From NCBI GenBank assembly GCA_937893945.1, contig CALCTA010000087.1, forward strand, positions 1-52,630: a DNA stretch of 52,630 bases, given 5' to 3'. A program made the translations under genes and the position numbers. Origin of the DNA: an uncultured Clostridia bacterium (lineage in GTDB: Bacteria > Bacillota > Clostridia > Oscillospirales > CAG-272). Of the stretch, positions 26,590-37,157 are shown one piece after another (within the stretch, counting starts at the first letter, position 1; each line of letters opens with the position of its first letter). The notes beneath the pieces were generated by a model that searched no databases, was not told the DNA's origin, and worked only from the letters and a program-made list of their open reading frames with translations.

Positions 26590-27429
26590 ATGTTAAAGAG
26601 AATTATTACTTCAATAGTCGCCTTGTGCGTTCTCATTCCTATAATGTGGTTTTCTGACACATGGGCGCTTCCGATAGCTATTTCAATAGTTACGGTCATG
26701 TGCCTTTTTGAGATGTTCAGATGCATGGGACTGCACAAAAATCTTGCAATATCATTGCCTGCATACGCTGTGGGAATAGCTCTTCCCATACTGCAGAGAG
26801 CTATTGACGACGCTTTGACTGTTGTTTCAATTGCGGCGATAGCGGCTATGATATATAGCGTCTATCTTTTCGCTCTCGTAATATGGTCTCACGGAAAGCT
26901 TACATACAAGGATATGTGCGCATCCGCGTTCACTACTCTTTATATTATTCTCGCAATGAATATGATAGGATTTATCAGAGATTTCGGAGATAACGGAATG
27001 CTCTTATTTATCCTCATATTCCTTGGCGCTTGGATAACAGATATTTTTGCCTACTTTACGGGATTTTTCTTTGGAAAGCACAAGCTTATTGAGGACGTCA
27101 GCCCCAAAAAGACTATAGAGGGCAGTATTGGCGGAACGATCTTCTGCGCACTTTCATATCTCGTGCTCGGTCTTGTTGCCGATGCCTTTTTGAATTGTAA
27201 CGCAAACCTCATATTCCTCACGGTAAGCGGCGTTTTCATATCATTTATCGCACAGGTTGGCGATCTGATCATGTCTGTTATAAAGAGACATTACGGCATC
27301 AAGGATTACGGAAAGCTTTTCCCGGGACACGGCGGTATGCTTGACCGCTTCGACTCTATTCTCGCGGTATCTTTAGGAGTTGGCGCTATGTGCCTTCTGT
27401 CCTTGGTAACAAATATACCTCTTCTTTAA
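26590..27429 (+). CDS. cdsA: Phosphatidate cytidylyltransferase
   Basis: CdsA signature SVIKRHYGIKDYGKLFPGHGGMLDRFDS. I chose the ATG at 26590 (MLKRIITS...), which follows the uppS stop. The track start at 26467 overlaps uppS. Confidence 0.9.
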   Translation: MLKRIITSIVALCVLIPIMWFSDTWALPIAISIVTVMCLFEMFRCMGLHKNLAISLPAYAVGIALPILQRAIDDALTVVSIAAIAAMIYSVYLFALVIWSHGKLTYKDMCASAFTTLYIILAMNMIGFIRDFGDNGMLLFILIFLGAWITDIFAYFTGFFFGKHKLIEDVSPKKTIEGSIGGTIFCALSYLVLGLVADAFLNCNANLIFLTVSGVFISFIAQVGDLIMSVIKRHYGIKDYGKLFPGHGGMLDRFDSILAVSLGVGAMCLLSLVTNIPLL

Positions 27430-27442
27430 TAGTGGAGAATTT

Positions 27443-28612
27443 ATGAACCTTTTTGAAAACAGAAAGCCCGTAATATCTGTCCTTGGCTCTACCGGATCGG
27501 TAGGCGAGCAGGCGCTTGACGTAGCCTTGAAATTCGGACTGAAGGTCAATTCCGTAAGCGCAAACACCAATGCCAAGCGCGTTGAGGAGCAGGCACGTCA
27601 ATTTTCGCTTTCTTCGGTAGCTATGGCTGACGAGACCGCCGCCCGAGATCTTCGCGTGCGCCTTGCAGACACTAGCGTAAAGGTATATTCGGGAGATAGC
27701 GGCATCTGTGAGATGATAGCCGCGGAAAAGAATGATACAGTAGTAAACTCAATAATCGGCAGAGCGGGACTTTTGCCCACACTTGCCGTTATAGATTCAG
27801 GCGCCCGTCTGGCACTTGCCAATAAGGAATCTCTCGTTGTAGCGGGAGAGATCGTTATGGCGAGAGCCAAGGAAAAGGGTGTTGAGATACTTCCGGTCGA
27901 TAGTGAGCATTCGGCTATATTCCAATGCTTAAAATCCGGAAGGCAACAGGAGATAAAGAGGATATTGCTTACGGCATCAGGCGGACCTTTCTTTGGCTAT
28001 ACGTCTGAGCAGCTTAAAAATATCACCCTTGAGGATGCCCTCGCGCATCCTACCTGGAAGATGGGCGCAAAGATAACCATTGACTCTGCAACCTTGATGA
28101 ATAAGGGCTTTGAGGTCATAGAAGCGGCGCATCTTTTCGGCGTAGGAGCTGACAGGATACAGGTGGTGGTACATCGCGAAAGTATAATACACTCGATGGT
28201 CGAATATATTGATAATAGCGTTATCGCGCAGATGTCTGTTCCGGATATGCGCCTGTGCATTCAGTACGCCGTATCCTATCCTGAAAGAGAGATGGCAACT
28301 ATTTCCGAGCTTGACTTGTTTAAGGTTGCAACTCTCAGCTTCAAAGAGCCTGATGCAAAGACCTTTGCTCTCCTTGCTTGCGCCATAGACTGCGCAAATA
28401 AGGGTGGAGCATTGCCTGCGGTGCTGAATGCCGCAAACGAGGTCGCGGTAGGTGCTTTCCTTGATAGAAGGATACAGTTCTACCGAATAACCGAAGCGGT
28501 TACGGAGACGGTGGAAAAAATGCAGTGCGCAAGAGATGCGCACGACCTTAGTTCTATACTTGAGCTTGACCTTGAAGCGCGCAGAATTACTGCAGACGTT
28601 CTTAAATTATGA
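27443..28612 (+). CDS. dxr: 1-deoxy-D-xylulose 5-phosphate reductoisomerase
   Basis: VLGSTGSVG NADPH motif, LANKESLV and DSEHSAIFQC. Confidence 0.93.
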   Translation: MNLFENRKPVISVLGSTGSVGEQALDVALKFGLKVNSVSANTNAKRVEEQARQFSLSSVAMADETAARDLRVRLADTSVKVYSGDSGICEMIAAEKNDTVVNSIIGRAGLLPTLAVIDSGARLALANKESLVVAGEIVMARAKEKGVEILPVDSEHSAIFQCLKSGRQQEIKRILLTASGGPFFGYTSEQLKNITLEDALAHPTWKMGAKITIDSATLMNKGFEVIEAAHLFGVGADRIQVVVHRESIIHSMVEYIDNSVIAQMSVPDMRLCIQYAVSYPEREMATISELDLFKVATLSFKEPDAKTFALLACAIDCANKGGALPAVLNAANEVAVGAFLDRRIQFYRITEAVTETVEKMQCARDAHDLSSILELDLEARRITADVLKL

Positions 28613-28638
28613 TTTTACCCGAAAGGAACGGTTTATAA

Positions 28639-29685
28639 ATGAGTGGCGTTTTAACGGTTGCTTTTTACCTTTTGGTAATGGTATTCGTCTTTGGCATTTT
28701 GATATTTATCCACGAGCTCGGACACTTTCTTACGGCAAGAGCCTGCGGAGTGAGGATCAAGGAATTTGCTGTCGGTATGGGTCCTACGGTGTTCTCGTGG
28801 AATTCAAAGAAATACGACACTAAATACGGACTGCGAGCTCTCCCCATAGGCGGATTTGTAAGTATGGAAGGAGAGGACGAAGCATCTGATGACGAGAGTG
28901 CTTTCTGCAACAAAAAAGTATGGCAGAGAATGCTTATAACCATAGCGGGACCCGCTATGAACCTCATTCTCGGATTTATCCTGATGATGTCGCTCGTGCT
29001 TATCCAAGGACCTATAGGCTCTACTACGGTTGCCGAATTCAAAGAGGGCGCACTCTCAAACGCTCAGCTTGAGGTAGGAGACGTAATTGTAGAGGTTGAC
29101 GGAACGAGGGTATATAGCGGTAATGAGGTCCTGTACGAGATAAGCAATAAGGGCTACGAGCCTATCGACATTCTTGTTAAGCGAAACGGAGAGAAGCTTT
29201 TGCTTTCTGACGTGGTCTTTCCCACAAGTGAAGAGGACGGTATAACTTTCGGAACGCTTGATTTCAAGGTCCTCGCCGAAGAAAGAAGCTTTGGCAATCT
29301 CATAAAGCAGTCCTTCACACGCTCGGTCTCTACCGTCAAAATGGTGATAGATTCGCTTGTCGGACTTGTCAGCGGCAGATTCGGTCTTGACGCTGTCTCA
29401 GGACCTATCGGCGTCGCCGAGGTAGTAGGGGAGGCGGCAAAGACCAACGTAGATACCTTCCTTTATATAGTCGCGATACTGACAATAAATCTCGGCGTAT
29501 TCAATCTTATTCCTTTTCCCGCGCTTGACGGCGGTAGATTTTTATTCCTTATAATAGAGGGAATAAGAAGAAAGCCGATAAACAAGAACGTTGAAGCCTA
29601 TATAAACTTCGGCGGAATAATAATACTATTCGCTTTTATGATATTCGTGTCCTTCAAGGACGTTATGAAGCTGATATTTAAATAA
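28639..29685 (+). CDS. rseP: RIP (site-2) zinc metalloprotease RseP/YluC family
   Basis: HELGHF zinc motif in TM1, a central PDZ-like region, and NLIPFPALDGG. Confidence 0.9.
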   Translation: MSGVLTVAFYLLVMVFVFGILIFIHELGHFLTARACGVRIKEFAVGMGPTVFSWNSKKYDTKYGLRALPIGGFVSMEGEDEASDDESAFCNKKVWQRMLITIAGPAMNLILGFILMMSLVLIQGPIGSTTVAEFKEGALSNAQLEVGDVIVEVDGTRVYSGNEVLYEISNKGYEPIDILVKRNGEKLLLSDVVFPTSEEDGITFGTLDFKVLAEERSFGNLIKQSFTRSVSTVKMVIDSLVGLVSGRFGLDAVSGPIGVAEVVGEAAKTNVDTFLYIVAILTINLGVFNLIPFPALDGGRFLFLIIEGIRRKPINKNVEAYINFGGIIILFAFMIFVSFKDVMKLIFK

Positions 29686-29687
29686 GA

Positions 29688-30764
29688 ATGATATATAACG
29701 AAGTAAGAAGAAAAACAAAGAGAATAAATATAGGAAAGATAGCAATAGGTGATTCATCGCCTATTGCTATTCAATCAATGACTAATACCGATACTCACGA
29801 TAAGCGCGCAACGCTTGAGCAGATACTTTCCTTGCAAAGAGAGGGATGCGATATTGTGAGAATAACCGTTCCCGATCTTGAGGCGGTCAGCACCATTCCT
29901 TTTCTTAAGGAGAACGGTGTAGATATCCCGGTTGTAGCGGATATCCATTTTGATCACAGGATAGCTGTCGCTTGCGCTGAGGCAGGAGTCGATAAGATAC
30001 GTATAAACCCCGGTAACATCGGCTCGGATGACAGAGTGCTTGCGGTAGTACGTGCGTGTCGCGCTGCGGGAATTCCGATAAGAATAGGCGTAAATAGCGG
30101 CTCGCTTGAGAAAGAGATACTCGCAAAGCACGGATCTCCCACGCCCGAGGCACTTGCCGAGAGCGCGCTTTATCACGCCTCCCTCCTTGAAAAATACGAT
30201 TTTGACGATATTGTAATATCTATAAAGGCATCAAATCCTTACAATATGATACTTGCTAACCGCATCCTAGCGGAGAGGTGTGATTATCCCTTGCACCTTG
30301 GAGTTACCGAGGCAGGCAGTAAGGAGATAGGCTCTATAAAAAGCGCTGTAGGCATAGGCGCTTTGCTCTGCGACGGAATCGGAGATACCGTAAGAGTGTC
30401 TCTTACCGACAGACCCGAGGAGGAGATAGCTGCGGCAAAGAGCATATTTAAGGCTATCGGCATCAGCGGTCAGTGCGGAATGGATATCGTAAGCTGTCCT
30501 ACCTGTGGGAGAACTAAGATAGACCTTATATCTCTCGTGGCGCAGTTTGAAAAGCGCGCTAAAGAGGAGAAAATAACAGACAAGCCTCTGAAGGTAGCAA
30601 TTATGGGATGCGTCGTAAACGGTCCCGGAGAGGCTCGCGAGGCGGACATAGGCATAGCAGGCGGAAAAGGCGAGGCTGTGCTTATCAAAAAGGGAGTTAT
30701 AATTGAAAAAATTCCCGAGGGCGACGTAGTTGAGCGCCTTATCAGAGAAATAAAGAGTTTATAA
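29688..30764 (+). CDS. ispG: 4-hydroxy-3-methylbut-2-en-1-yl diphosphate synthase
   Basis: 358 aa. IAIQSMTNT, RINPGNIG and CPTCGR Fe-S motifs. Confidence 0.92.
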   Translation: MIYNEVRRKTKRINIGKIAIGDSSPIAIQSMTNTDTHDKRATLEQILSLQREGCDIVRITVPDLEAVSTIPFLKENGVDIPVVADIHFDHRIAVACAEAGVDKIRINPGNIGSDDRVLAVVRACRAAGIPIRIGVNSGSLEKEILAKHGSPTPEALAESALYHASLLEKYDFDDIVISIKASNPYNMILANRILAERCDYPLHLGVTEAGSKEIGSIKSAVGIGALLCDGIGDTVRVSLTDRPEEEIAAAKSIFKAIGISGQCGMDIVSCPTCGRTKIDLISLVAQFEKRAKEEKITDKPLKVAIMGCVVNGPGEAREADIGIAGGKGEAVLIKKGVIIEKIPEGDVVERLIREIKSL

Positions 30765-30782
30765 AGAAAAGGGGGAAGAAAA

Positions 30783-33700
30783 ATGGCAAAAACACTAAAA
30801 GAATATTTCAGTAAATATCTTCCCACGCCCGAACAGTCGATAATTCTTGAGAATGCTGTAGCAACGCGTTCCAAGATAGACAAAGAAAACCGAATAATAG
30901 AGGTTCACGCAGACCTTCAGTATATAGTTCCGAAGAAAAAGCTCTATGAGCTTGAGGGAGCTATATCAAACGCATATACGCTCAGCTTTTGCAAGATACT
31001 GCCGCACTACCCGAGCGTTCTTTTTGAATATTCTTATATTCCTGAAATACTTATCGAGGCAGAGCGCATCGGTGCTGTCGCAAAAGGCTTCTTTGAAAGC
31101 TATACTTACACACTGAGCGAAAACATCCTGAACATTAAAATTCCTTTTTCGGTAAGCGGAATAGGACTTCTTCAGAACGCCAACACACCGAATATTATTG
31201 AAAATATAATATTCAGCGAGTTCGGAATACGTATCAAGGCGGAGATAGAAAAGGACGAGGGCGCGGTCCTCGATGCCATGTCAGACGACTACAACCGCCG
31301 TCTTGAGCTTGCGGACAAGCAGCTGGCAGAGGCGGAGCAAAGATATCGAGAAGCGGCTCAAAGAGACCGTACCGACAACAAAGCTGACAATACTCCCGAG
31401 AACCCTTCGTTGCCTAGAATTTCCTCTGTTTTCGGAGACGGAAGCGTAGAGCAGGGCAATGACGGAACGCTCCGCATTGGCGCATCTGTATTTGATATTT
31501 CAGCGCCTCAGTTCGTGATAGGCGTTCCGTTTGCGATATCCCCAATGCCAATAGCAAGCATAAACAGACCGATAAGAAACGTTATTATTATCGGTGAGGT
31601 CTTTTCATATACGAGCGAGGCTAATCGTGCGGGCGATAAATTCAACGTTTCCTTTGGCGTTTTTGACGGTAACTCGTCTATATTCGTCAAGAGATATTCA
31701 CTTGCTCCCGAGGATGAAAAGGAGCTTTCGGGCATTATAAAGCCGGGTATCGCGGTCGCTATCAAGGGATACACCAAGGGCGAGCGAAACGACGAGAGCG
31801 AGCTTTATATGAATTACAGCGACGTAGCGCTCATAAGCAAGAAGAAGCGCGAGGATAATGCGCCCAAGAAGCGCGTTGAGCTCCATCTGCACACAAATAT
31901 GTCGGCTATGGACGCGCTGATTCCGCCTGACGTCGCGGTAAAGACCGCGCAGAGATGGGGACATCCCGCGGTAGCAATAACAGACCACGGTAACGTTCAA
32001 GGCTTTCCCGAGGCTATGAAGGCGGCTGACAAGTGCGATATGAAGGTCATTTACGGAATGGAAGCCTATTTCGTAAACGATACCGCAAGCGCGGTTTACG
32101 GCTCGTACGACGGCGATTTTTCAAATGAATTTATAGTATTTGATATAGAGACCACGGGACTTTCGGCGCAGACCTGCAAGATAATCGAGATCGGTGCTGT
32201 AAAAATACGCGAGGGCGAGGTGCTTGAAAAATACAACACCTTCGTAAACCCCGAGACCCCTATTCCCGAGGAAATAGTCAAGCTTACGTCGATAACTGAT
32301 GAAATGGTTGCCGATGCCAGAACGATAGACGAGGTGCTTCCCGAATTTCTCGCTTTCGTCGGAGACAGACTGCTTATCGCTCACAACTCCGAGTTTGACG
32401 TAGGATTTATCCGCACTGCCGCAAAATTACTTGATATTCCTTTTACAAACGCTTCTCTCGATACCGTGGGACTTTCGAGATTTCTCAACAAGGAGCTTAA
32501 ATCCCACAAGCTCGACGTTCTCGTAAAGCACTACAAGCTCGGTGAGTTCAATCATCACAGAGCCTGCGACGACGCCGAGATGCTTGCGAACATATTCTTC
32601 AAGATGAGAGAGCAGCTCACCTCTCTCGATATAAAGAATTTCACCGAGCTTAGCCACGAGTTCAGCGCAAATGCAAACCCACTTAATCTCAGACCCTATC
32701 ATCAAATCATTCTTGCAAAGAATCAGACGGGACTTAAAAACCTATATAAGCTGATCTCTTCAAGCTACCTTAACTATTACCGCAGGCAGCCTCGTATTCC
32801 CAAAACAGAGCTTGTAAAGCACCGAGAGGGACTCATAATCGGCTCTGCGTGTGAGGCGGGAGAGCTTTTCAGAGCCGTGCTTGAGAACAAGCCTGAAAAG
32901 GAAATAGAGGAGATAGTATCCTTTTACGATTATCTTGAAATACAACCTATCTGCAACAACAGATTTCTTATCGCTGAGGGAACTGTAGCTGATGATGAAG
33001 GACTCAGAGAGCTTAACAGAAAGATAGTCGCTCTCGGAGAAAAGTACAATAAGCCTGTAGTAGCGACCTGCGACGCTCATTTCCTTAACAAAGAGGATGA
33101 GATCTGCCGTAAGATACTCCTTGCGGGAATGAAATTCAAGGATTATGACAGAGATATAAACCTTTATTTCAGGACTACCGAGGAGATGCTTGAGGAATTC
33201 TCCTATCTCGGAGAAGAAAAGGCTTATGAGGTTGTAGTTGAAAATACTAACCTCATAAACGATATGATTGAAAGCGTCCGCCCTATCCCCAAAGGCTCTT
33301 ATACACCGCACATGGACGGAGCAGAGGAGGAGCTTCAGGAGAAATGCTGGACACGCGCTAAGGCGATGTACGGCGATCCGCTTCCCGATATAGTCAAGCA
33401 GCGTCTTGAAAAGGAGCTTACATCTATCATAAAGAACGGATTCGCCGTTCTTTATATGATCGCTCAGCGACTTGTGTGGTATAGCGAAAGCCAGGGATAT
33501 CTCGTTGGCTCACGAGGATCGGTAGGCTCGTCATTCGTTGCTACGATGGCGGGAATTTCCGAGGTAAATCCGCTTCCCGCACACTATTACTGTCCTAAGT
33601 GTCAGTATTCCGAGTTCTTCACAGACGGAAGCGTGGGATCAGGCTTCGACCTTCCCGATAAGAACTGTCCGCACTGTAATACAAAGCTCAATGCCGACGG

Positions 33701-35171
33701 ACATGATATTCCTTTTGAAACATTCCTTGGCTTCTACGGAGATAAATCCCCCGATATCGACCTTAACTTCTCGGGAGACGTTCAGGGCAAGGTGCATAAG
33801 TACACCGAGGAACTGTTTGGAGCGGAAAACGTCTTCAGAGCCGGAACGCTCGGCACGCTTGCAGACAAGACCGCTTTCGGCTTTGTATCTAAGTACTTTG
33901 AGGGCAAGGGCGTCAGTATCAGCAAGGCGGAAATGGAGCGCATCATAGGCACTTGCGTGGGCGTAAAGAGGACCACAGGTCAGCCCCCGGGCGGTATCAT
34001 AGTCGTTCCGAGAGAATACGAGGTGTATGATTTTACACCCGTTCAGCATCCCGCGGATGACCCGAACTCAGACATAATTACCACTCACTTTGCGTTCTCG
34101 TATCTCCACGATACTATTTTGAAGCTCGACGAGCTTGGACACGATATTCCTACCAAGTATAAGTGGCTTGAGGAATTTTCAAATACGAGCGTAATGGATG
34201 TGCCTATGAATGACCGTGAGGTCTATGAGCTATTCCATTCAACAAAGCCTCTCGGTATCTCGTCCGAGGACATAGATGCGCCTATCGGTACCTTTGGTCT
34301 GCCCGAGTTCGGTACTCATTTTCTCCAGCAGGTGCTTGTTGACGCAAAGCCCAATAACTTTGCGGACCTCTTGCAGATATCGGGACTTACTCACGGAACG
34401 GGAGTTTGGCTCGGTAACGCCGACGAGCTTATCAAGAACGGAATATGCGATATTTCAAAGGTTATCGGATGTCGAGATAACATAATGAACGACCTTATCC
34501 GTTACGGTGTTGAGAATGCTCTCTCCTTTAAAATAATGGAGTCGGTACGTAAGGGCAAGGGTCTGACACCCGAATGGGAATCCGCTATGCGTGAGCATAA
34601 CGTTCCCGAATGGTATATCGACTCTTGCAAAAAGATAAAGTACATGTTCCCGAAGGCACACGCCGCCGCTTACGTTATGTCGGCAATACGTCTTGGCTGG
34701 TATAAGGTACATATCCCGATCGCTTTCTATTGCGCTATGTTCACGGTGGCGCCCGGTGGATTTGACGCGGAGATAGTCGGCAGAGGAAGATCCAACGTAA
34801 TGGCTACTATCAAGGATATTGAAAAGCGCGGTAAGGAAGCGTCTCCCAAGGAGATAGCCTCTATTCCCTCGCTTCAGCTTGCCAACGAGTGTATGGCGAG
34901 AGGTATCAAATTCCTGCCGATAGATATTGAAAAATCTCATTCCTATGCCTTCAAGCCCGAAAACGGCGCTATCCGTATGCCTTTCTCGGCTCTTGCGGGA
35001 CTTGGCGAGAATGCCGCGGCGAATATCGTAAAGGCAAGGGAAGAGGAGAAATTCTTCTCGGTAGAGGATCTTCAGACACGCGCAAAGCTTACCAAGAGCG
35101 TTATCGAGGTGCTTCGCAAGAATCACGCGCTCGATAACCTCAGCGAGACTGACCAGCTCTCACTTTTCTAA
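30783..35171 (+). CDS. polC: DNA polymerase III PolC-type (Gram-positive replicase)
   Basis: 1462 aa. PHP motif HLHTNMS, inserted 3'-5' exonuclease (VFDIETTGL, HRACDDA) and polymerase core PDIDLNF. Confidence 0.95.
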   Translation: MAKTLKEYFSKYLPTPEQSIILENAVATRSKIDKENRIIEVHADLQYIVPKKKLYELEGAISNAYTLSFCKILPHYPSVLFEYSYIPEILIEAERIGAVAKGFFESYTYTLSENILNIKIPFSVSGIGLLQNANTPNIIENIIFSEFGIRIKAEIEKDEGAVLDAMSDDYNRRLELADKQLAEAEQRYREAAQRDRTDNKADNTPENPSLPRISSVFGDGSVEQGNDGTLRIGASVFDISAPQFVIGVPFAISPMPIASINRPIRNVIIIGEVFSYTSEANRAGDKFNVSFGVFDGNSSIFVKRYSLAPEDEKELSGIIKPGIAVAIKGYTKGERNDESELYMNYSDVALISKKKREDNAPKKRVELHLHTNMSAMDALIPPDVAVKTAQRWGHPAVAITDHGNVQGFPEAMKAADKCDMKVIYGMEAYFVNDTASAVYGSYDGDFSNEFIVFDIETTGLSAQTCKIIEIGAVKIREGEVLEKYNTFVNPETPIPEEIVKLTSITDEMVADARTIDEVLPEFLAFVGDRLLIAHNSEFDVGFIRTAAKLLDIPFTNASLDTVGLSRFLNKELKSHKLDVLVKHYKLGEFNHHRACDDAEMLANIFFKMREQLTSLDIKNFTELSHEFSANANPLNLRPYHQIILAKNQTGLKNLYKLISSSYLNYYRRQPRIPKTELVKHREGLIIGSACEAGELFRAVLENKPEKEIEEIVSFYDYLEIQPICNNRFLIAEGTVADDEGLRELNRKIVALGEKYNKPVVATCDAHFLNKEDEICRKILLAGMKFKDYDRDINLYFRTTEEMLEEFSYLGEEKAYEVVVENTNLINDMIESVRPIPKGSYTPHMDGAEEELQEKCWTRAKAMYGDPLPDIVKQRLEKELTSIIKNGFAVLYMIAQRLVWYSESQGYLVGSRGSVGSSFVATMAGISEVNPLPAHYYCPKCQYSEFFTDGSVGSGFDLPDKNCPHCNTKLNADGHDIPFETFLGFYGDKSPDIDLNFSGDVQGKVHKYTEELFGAENVFRAGTLGTLADKTAFGFVSKYFEGKGVSISKAEMERIIGTCVGVKRTTGQPPGGIIVVPREYEVYDFTPVQHPADDPNSDIITTHFAFSYLHDTILKLDELGHDIPTKYKWLEEFSNTSVMDVPMNDREVYELFHSTKPLGISSEDIDAPIGTFGLPEFGTHFLQQVLVDAKPNNFADLLQISGLTHGTGVWLGNADELIKNGICDISKVIGCRDNIMNDLIRYGVENALSFKIMESVRKGKGLTPEWESAMREHNVPEWYIDSCKKIKYMFPKAHAAAYVMSAIRLGWYKVHIPIAFYCAMFTVAPGGFDAEIVGRGRSNVMATIKDIEKRGKEASPKEIASIPSLQLANECMARGIKFLPIDIEKSHSYAFKPENGAIRMPFSALAGLGENAAANIVKAREEEKFFSVEDLQTRAKLTKSVIEVLRKNHALDNLSETDQLSLF

Positions 35172-35180
35172 AAATGCATA

Positions 35181-35212
35181 AGCTCCCTTTCTCAAAAAAG
35201 AGAAGGGGAGCT
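35181..35212. terminator. Bidirectional intrinsic terminator between polC and the ZIP gene
   Basis: AGCTCCCTTTCTC-AAAAAA-GAGAAGGGGAGCT: a 13-bp stem with one G-U pair, between convergent stops. Confidence 0.75.
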
Positions 35213-35216
35213 TTCT

Positions 35217-35996
35217 TTATCCGAAAATAACGTCAAGTATCATCATTATTGAAAATCCAAGTGCGAAAAATACCGCTCCCGATTCGCCGCGCCCGCTGAC
35301 GAAAGGCATCAGCTCCTTGACCACGGCGTATATCATTGCGCCTGCCGCAAATCCGAGAAGAAAGGGAAGAATGGGTAAGATTACCGATACAGCAAGCAGA
35401 GTGAGAGCCGCTCCAATAGGCTCGACTATCCCCGAGGCTACTCCGTACCAGAACGCTTTGCCTTTTTTCATACCTTCCGCGCGAAGTGGCATTGATATTA
35501 TCGCACCCTCCGGGAAGTTTTGTATAGCTATTCCGATCGAGAGCGCCAAAGCGCCCCCAAGTGCCTCTCCCGAGGGAGCTGCGATAAGTGCCGCATATAC
35601 AACACCGACGGCCATACCCTCAGGAAGATTGTGTAGAGTAACAGAGGTAAAAAGCATACTGCTCTCACCAAAGCTCCGTTTTGCCTTTTTCAGAAGCTCA
35701 CCCTCGTTTACTCTTGACAAAAGAGAGGACGTAAGAACAAGAAAAAGAATGCCGAACCATACACCGAGCGTTGCGGGAAGAAAGGCAAATCTACCTAAGG
35801 AGACAGAGCTTTCGTATTCCATTGCGGGTATAAGCAAGCTCCATACCGATGCCGCTACCATCACTCCCGCGGCTATTCCCGAAATAGCTCTTCTGAAACC
35901 GTCGTCAAGCTCACGCCGCATAAAGAAAACGCAGGCAGATCCAAGCATAGTACCGAAAAGCGGTATCAGACACCCTAAAATAATTTCAAAAAACAT
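35217..35996 (-). CDS. zupT: ZIP-family divalent metal transporter (ZupT-like)
   Basis: 259 aa, about 8 TM. Signature HNLPEG (TLHNLPEGMAVG) and a second QNFPEG motif. GAGG RBS. Confidence 0.85.
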   Translation of the reverse strand: MFFEIILGCLIPLFGTMLGSACVFFMRRELDDGFRRAISGIAAGVMVAASVWSLLIPAMEYESSVSLGRFAFLPATLGVWFGILFLVLTSSLLSRVNEGELLKKAKRSFGESSMLFTSVTLHNLPEGMAVGVVYAALIAAPSGEALGGALALSIGIAIQNFPEGAIISMPLRAEGMKKGKAFWYGVASGIVEPIGAALTLLAVSVILPILPFLLGFAAGAMIYAVVKELMPFVSGRGESGAVFFALGFSIMMILDVIFG

Positions 35997-36089
35997 AGCT
36001 TACCTCACATAGCAAAAACCAAGATGTGCCTATTACTTATTTTATGTAAGAACCGGACTATTGTTCTGACTAAAAAAACATTATGAATT

Positions 36090-36107
36090 TTTAACAAAAT
36101 TGTTAAA
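36090..36107. promoter_or_regulatory. Perfect palindrome TTTAACAA-AA-TTGTTAAA (candidate operator)
   Basis: 8-bp arms with a 2-nt centre. It lies 16 nt upstream of the -35 of the LRR/SPFH operon promoter and about 95 nt upstream of the divergent ZIP start codon. Confidence 0.4.
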
Positions 36108-36123
36108 CAAGAAAGCAAAGTGA

Positions 36124-36152
36124 TTGACAAATTGCTATCTTTATGATAAAAT
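36124..36152 (+). promoter_or_regulatory. Near-consensus sigma-70 promoter with extended -10 for the LRR/SPFH/ATPase operon
   Basis: TTGACA (36124-36129)-17 nt-TAAAAT (36147-36152), preceded by TGa. This places the transcription start after the track ATG at 36143, which argues for the 36203 start codon. Confidence 0.7.
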
Positions 36153-36202
36153 GGTATTGCTATAACTTTATCAAAATTCAGATAGAGTTGTCAGGAGGTA
36201 AT

Positions 36203-37144
36203 ATGAGATCAAAAAAACTTACTTTGATTGTTTTGGCGTGCATCCTTGCCTTAAGCGCTCTTACAGGCTGCTCGTCATCCTTTGACGATACTCAGTACGC
36301 GGTAATATCCCAAAGCAACGTAAGCGCTGATGGATTTATCTACAGTGTTTACGAAAATAATACCGCAGTCATCACAGGTATAAACACAGCCGACACCGAA
36401 ATGACCATTCCGGATACAGTCGGAAACTATAAGGTAGTCGAGATAGGCGCAGATGCCTTTTCGGGCAACGAGATCACAAAGCTCGTTACTATTGGCAGTA
36501 ACGTAGAGAAGATCGGTGCGAATGCGTTTTCTGACTGTGCAGCGCTCGTTCGCGTTGATATGACCGAGAACGTAAAGAAGATCAGCTCGGGCGCTTTTTA
36601 TAACTGCGAAAATCTTTGCGAGGTGAAGGGCGCGACGGGTGTCATAGTTATCGAGGAGGTAGCGTTCTACGCTTGCGCTTCGCTCGCTCGCTTTGACCTT
36701 CCCGAAACGCTTAAGACCATAGGCAACGAAGCCTTTGGCGCTTGTGAATCCTTGGTAGAGGTAAAGCTGCCTGAGAAGATCGAATCGGTAGGACTTGGCG
36801 CATTCTCCTATTGCTCCTCGCTCTCAAGACTTGATCTTGGCGGTCTTACCGAGGTTCCTGAAAAGGCATTTCTCAGATGCACCTCTCTCGGAAAGGTAGT
36901 TATCGGTGAAAACGTAACCTCAATAGGTGTTCAGGCATTCAGAGGCTGCGACGTTCTTAAATACGTTTACATAGACAAAAATGTAAAGACCGTCGGCGCA
37001 TCGGCTCTCTCCACCTGTCCTCTTCTTGAGATAAGCTATTCGGGATCAGAGGCAAATTGGAAGAAGATAAACTTTGCCGAGGGCAACGAAGGTCTGGAGA
37101 CCGTTAAGATAACCTATAAGCAGAAGCTTGATAAGGCTAAGTAA
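36203..37144 (+). CDS. Lipoprotein with BspA-type leucine-rich repeats (LRR_5-like)
   Basis: Signal peptide with lipobox (MRSKKLTLIVLACILALSALTG|C). Repeats of the pattern I..IG..AF..C..L..V.. (for example VEKIGANAFSDCAALVRVDM, VKKISSGAFYNCENLCEV). AGGAGG RBS before 36203. Confidence 0.8.
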   Translation: MRSKKLTLIVLACILALSALTGCSSSFDDTQYAVISQSNVSADGFIYSVYENNTAVITGINTADTEMTIPDTVGNYKVVEIGADAFSGNEITKLVTIGSNVEKIGANAFSDCAALVRVDMTENVKKISSGAFYNCENLCEVKGATGVIVIEEVAFYACASLARFDLPETLKTIGNEAFGACESLVEVKLPEKIESVGLGAFSYCSSLSRLDLGGLTEVPEKAFLRCTSLGKVVIGENVTSIGVQAFRGCDVLKYVYIDKNVKTVGASALSTCPLLEISYSGSEANWKKINFAEGNEGLETVKITYKQKLDKAK

Positions 37145-37157
37145 GGAGGGAAGCAAT

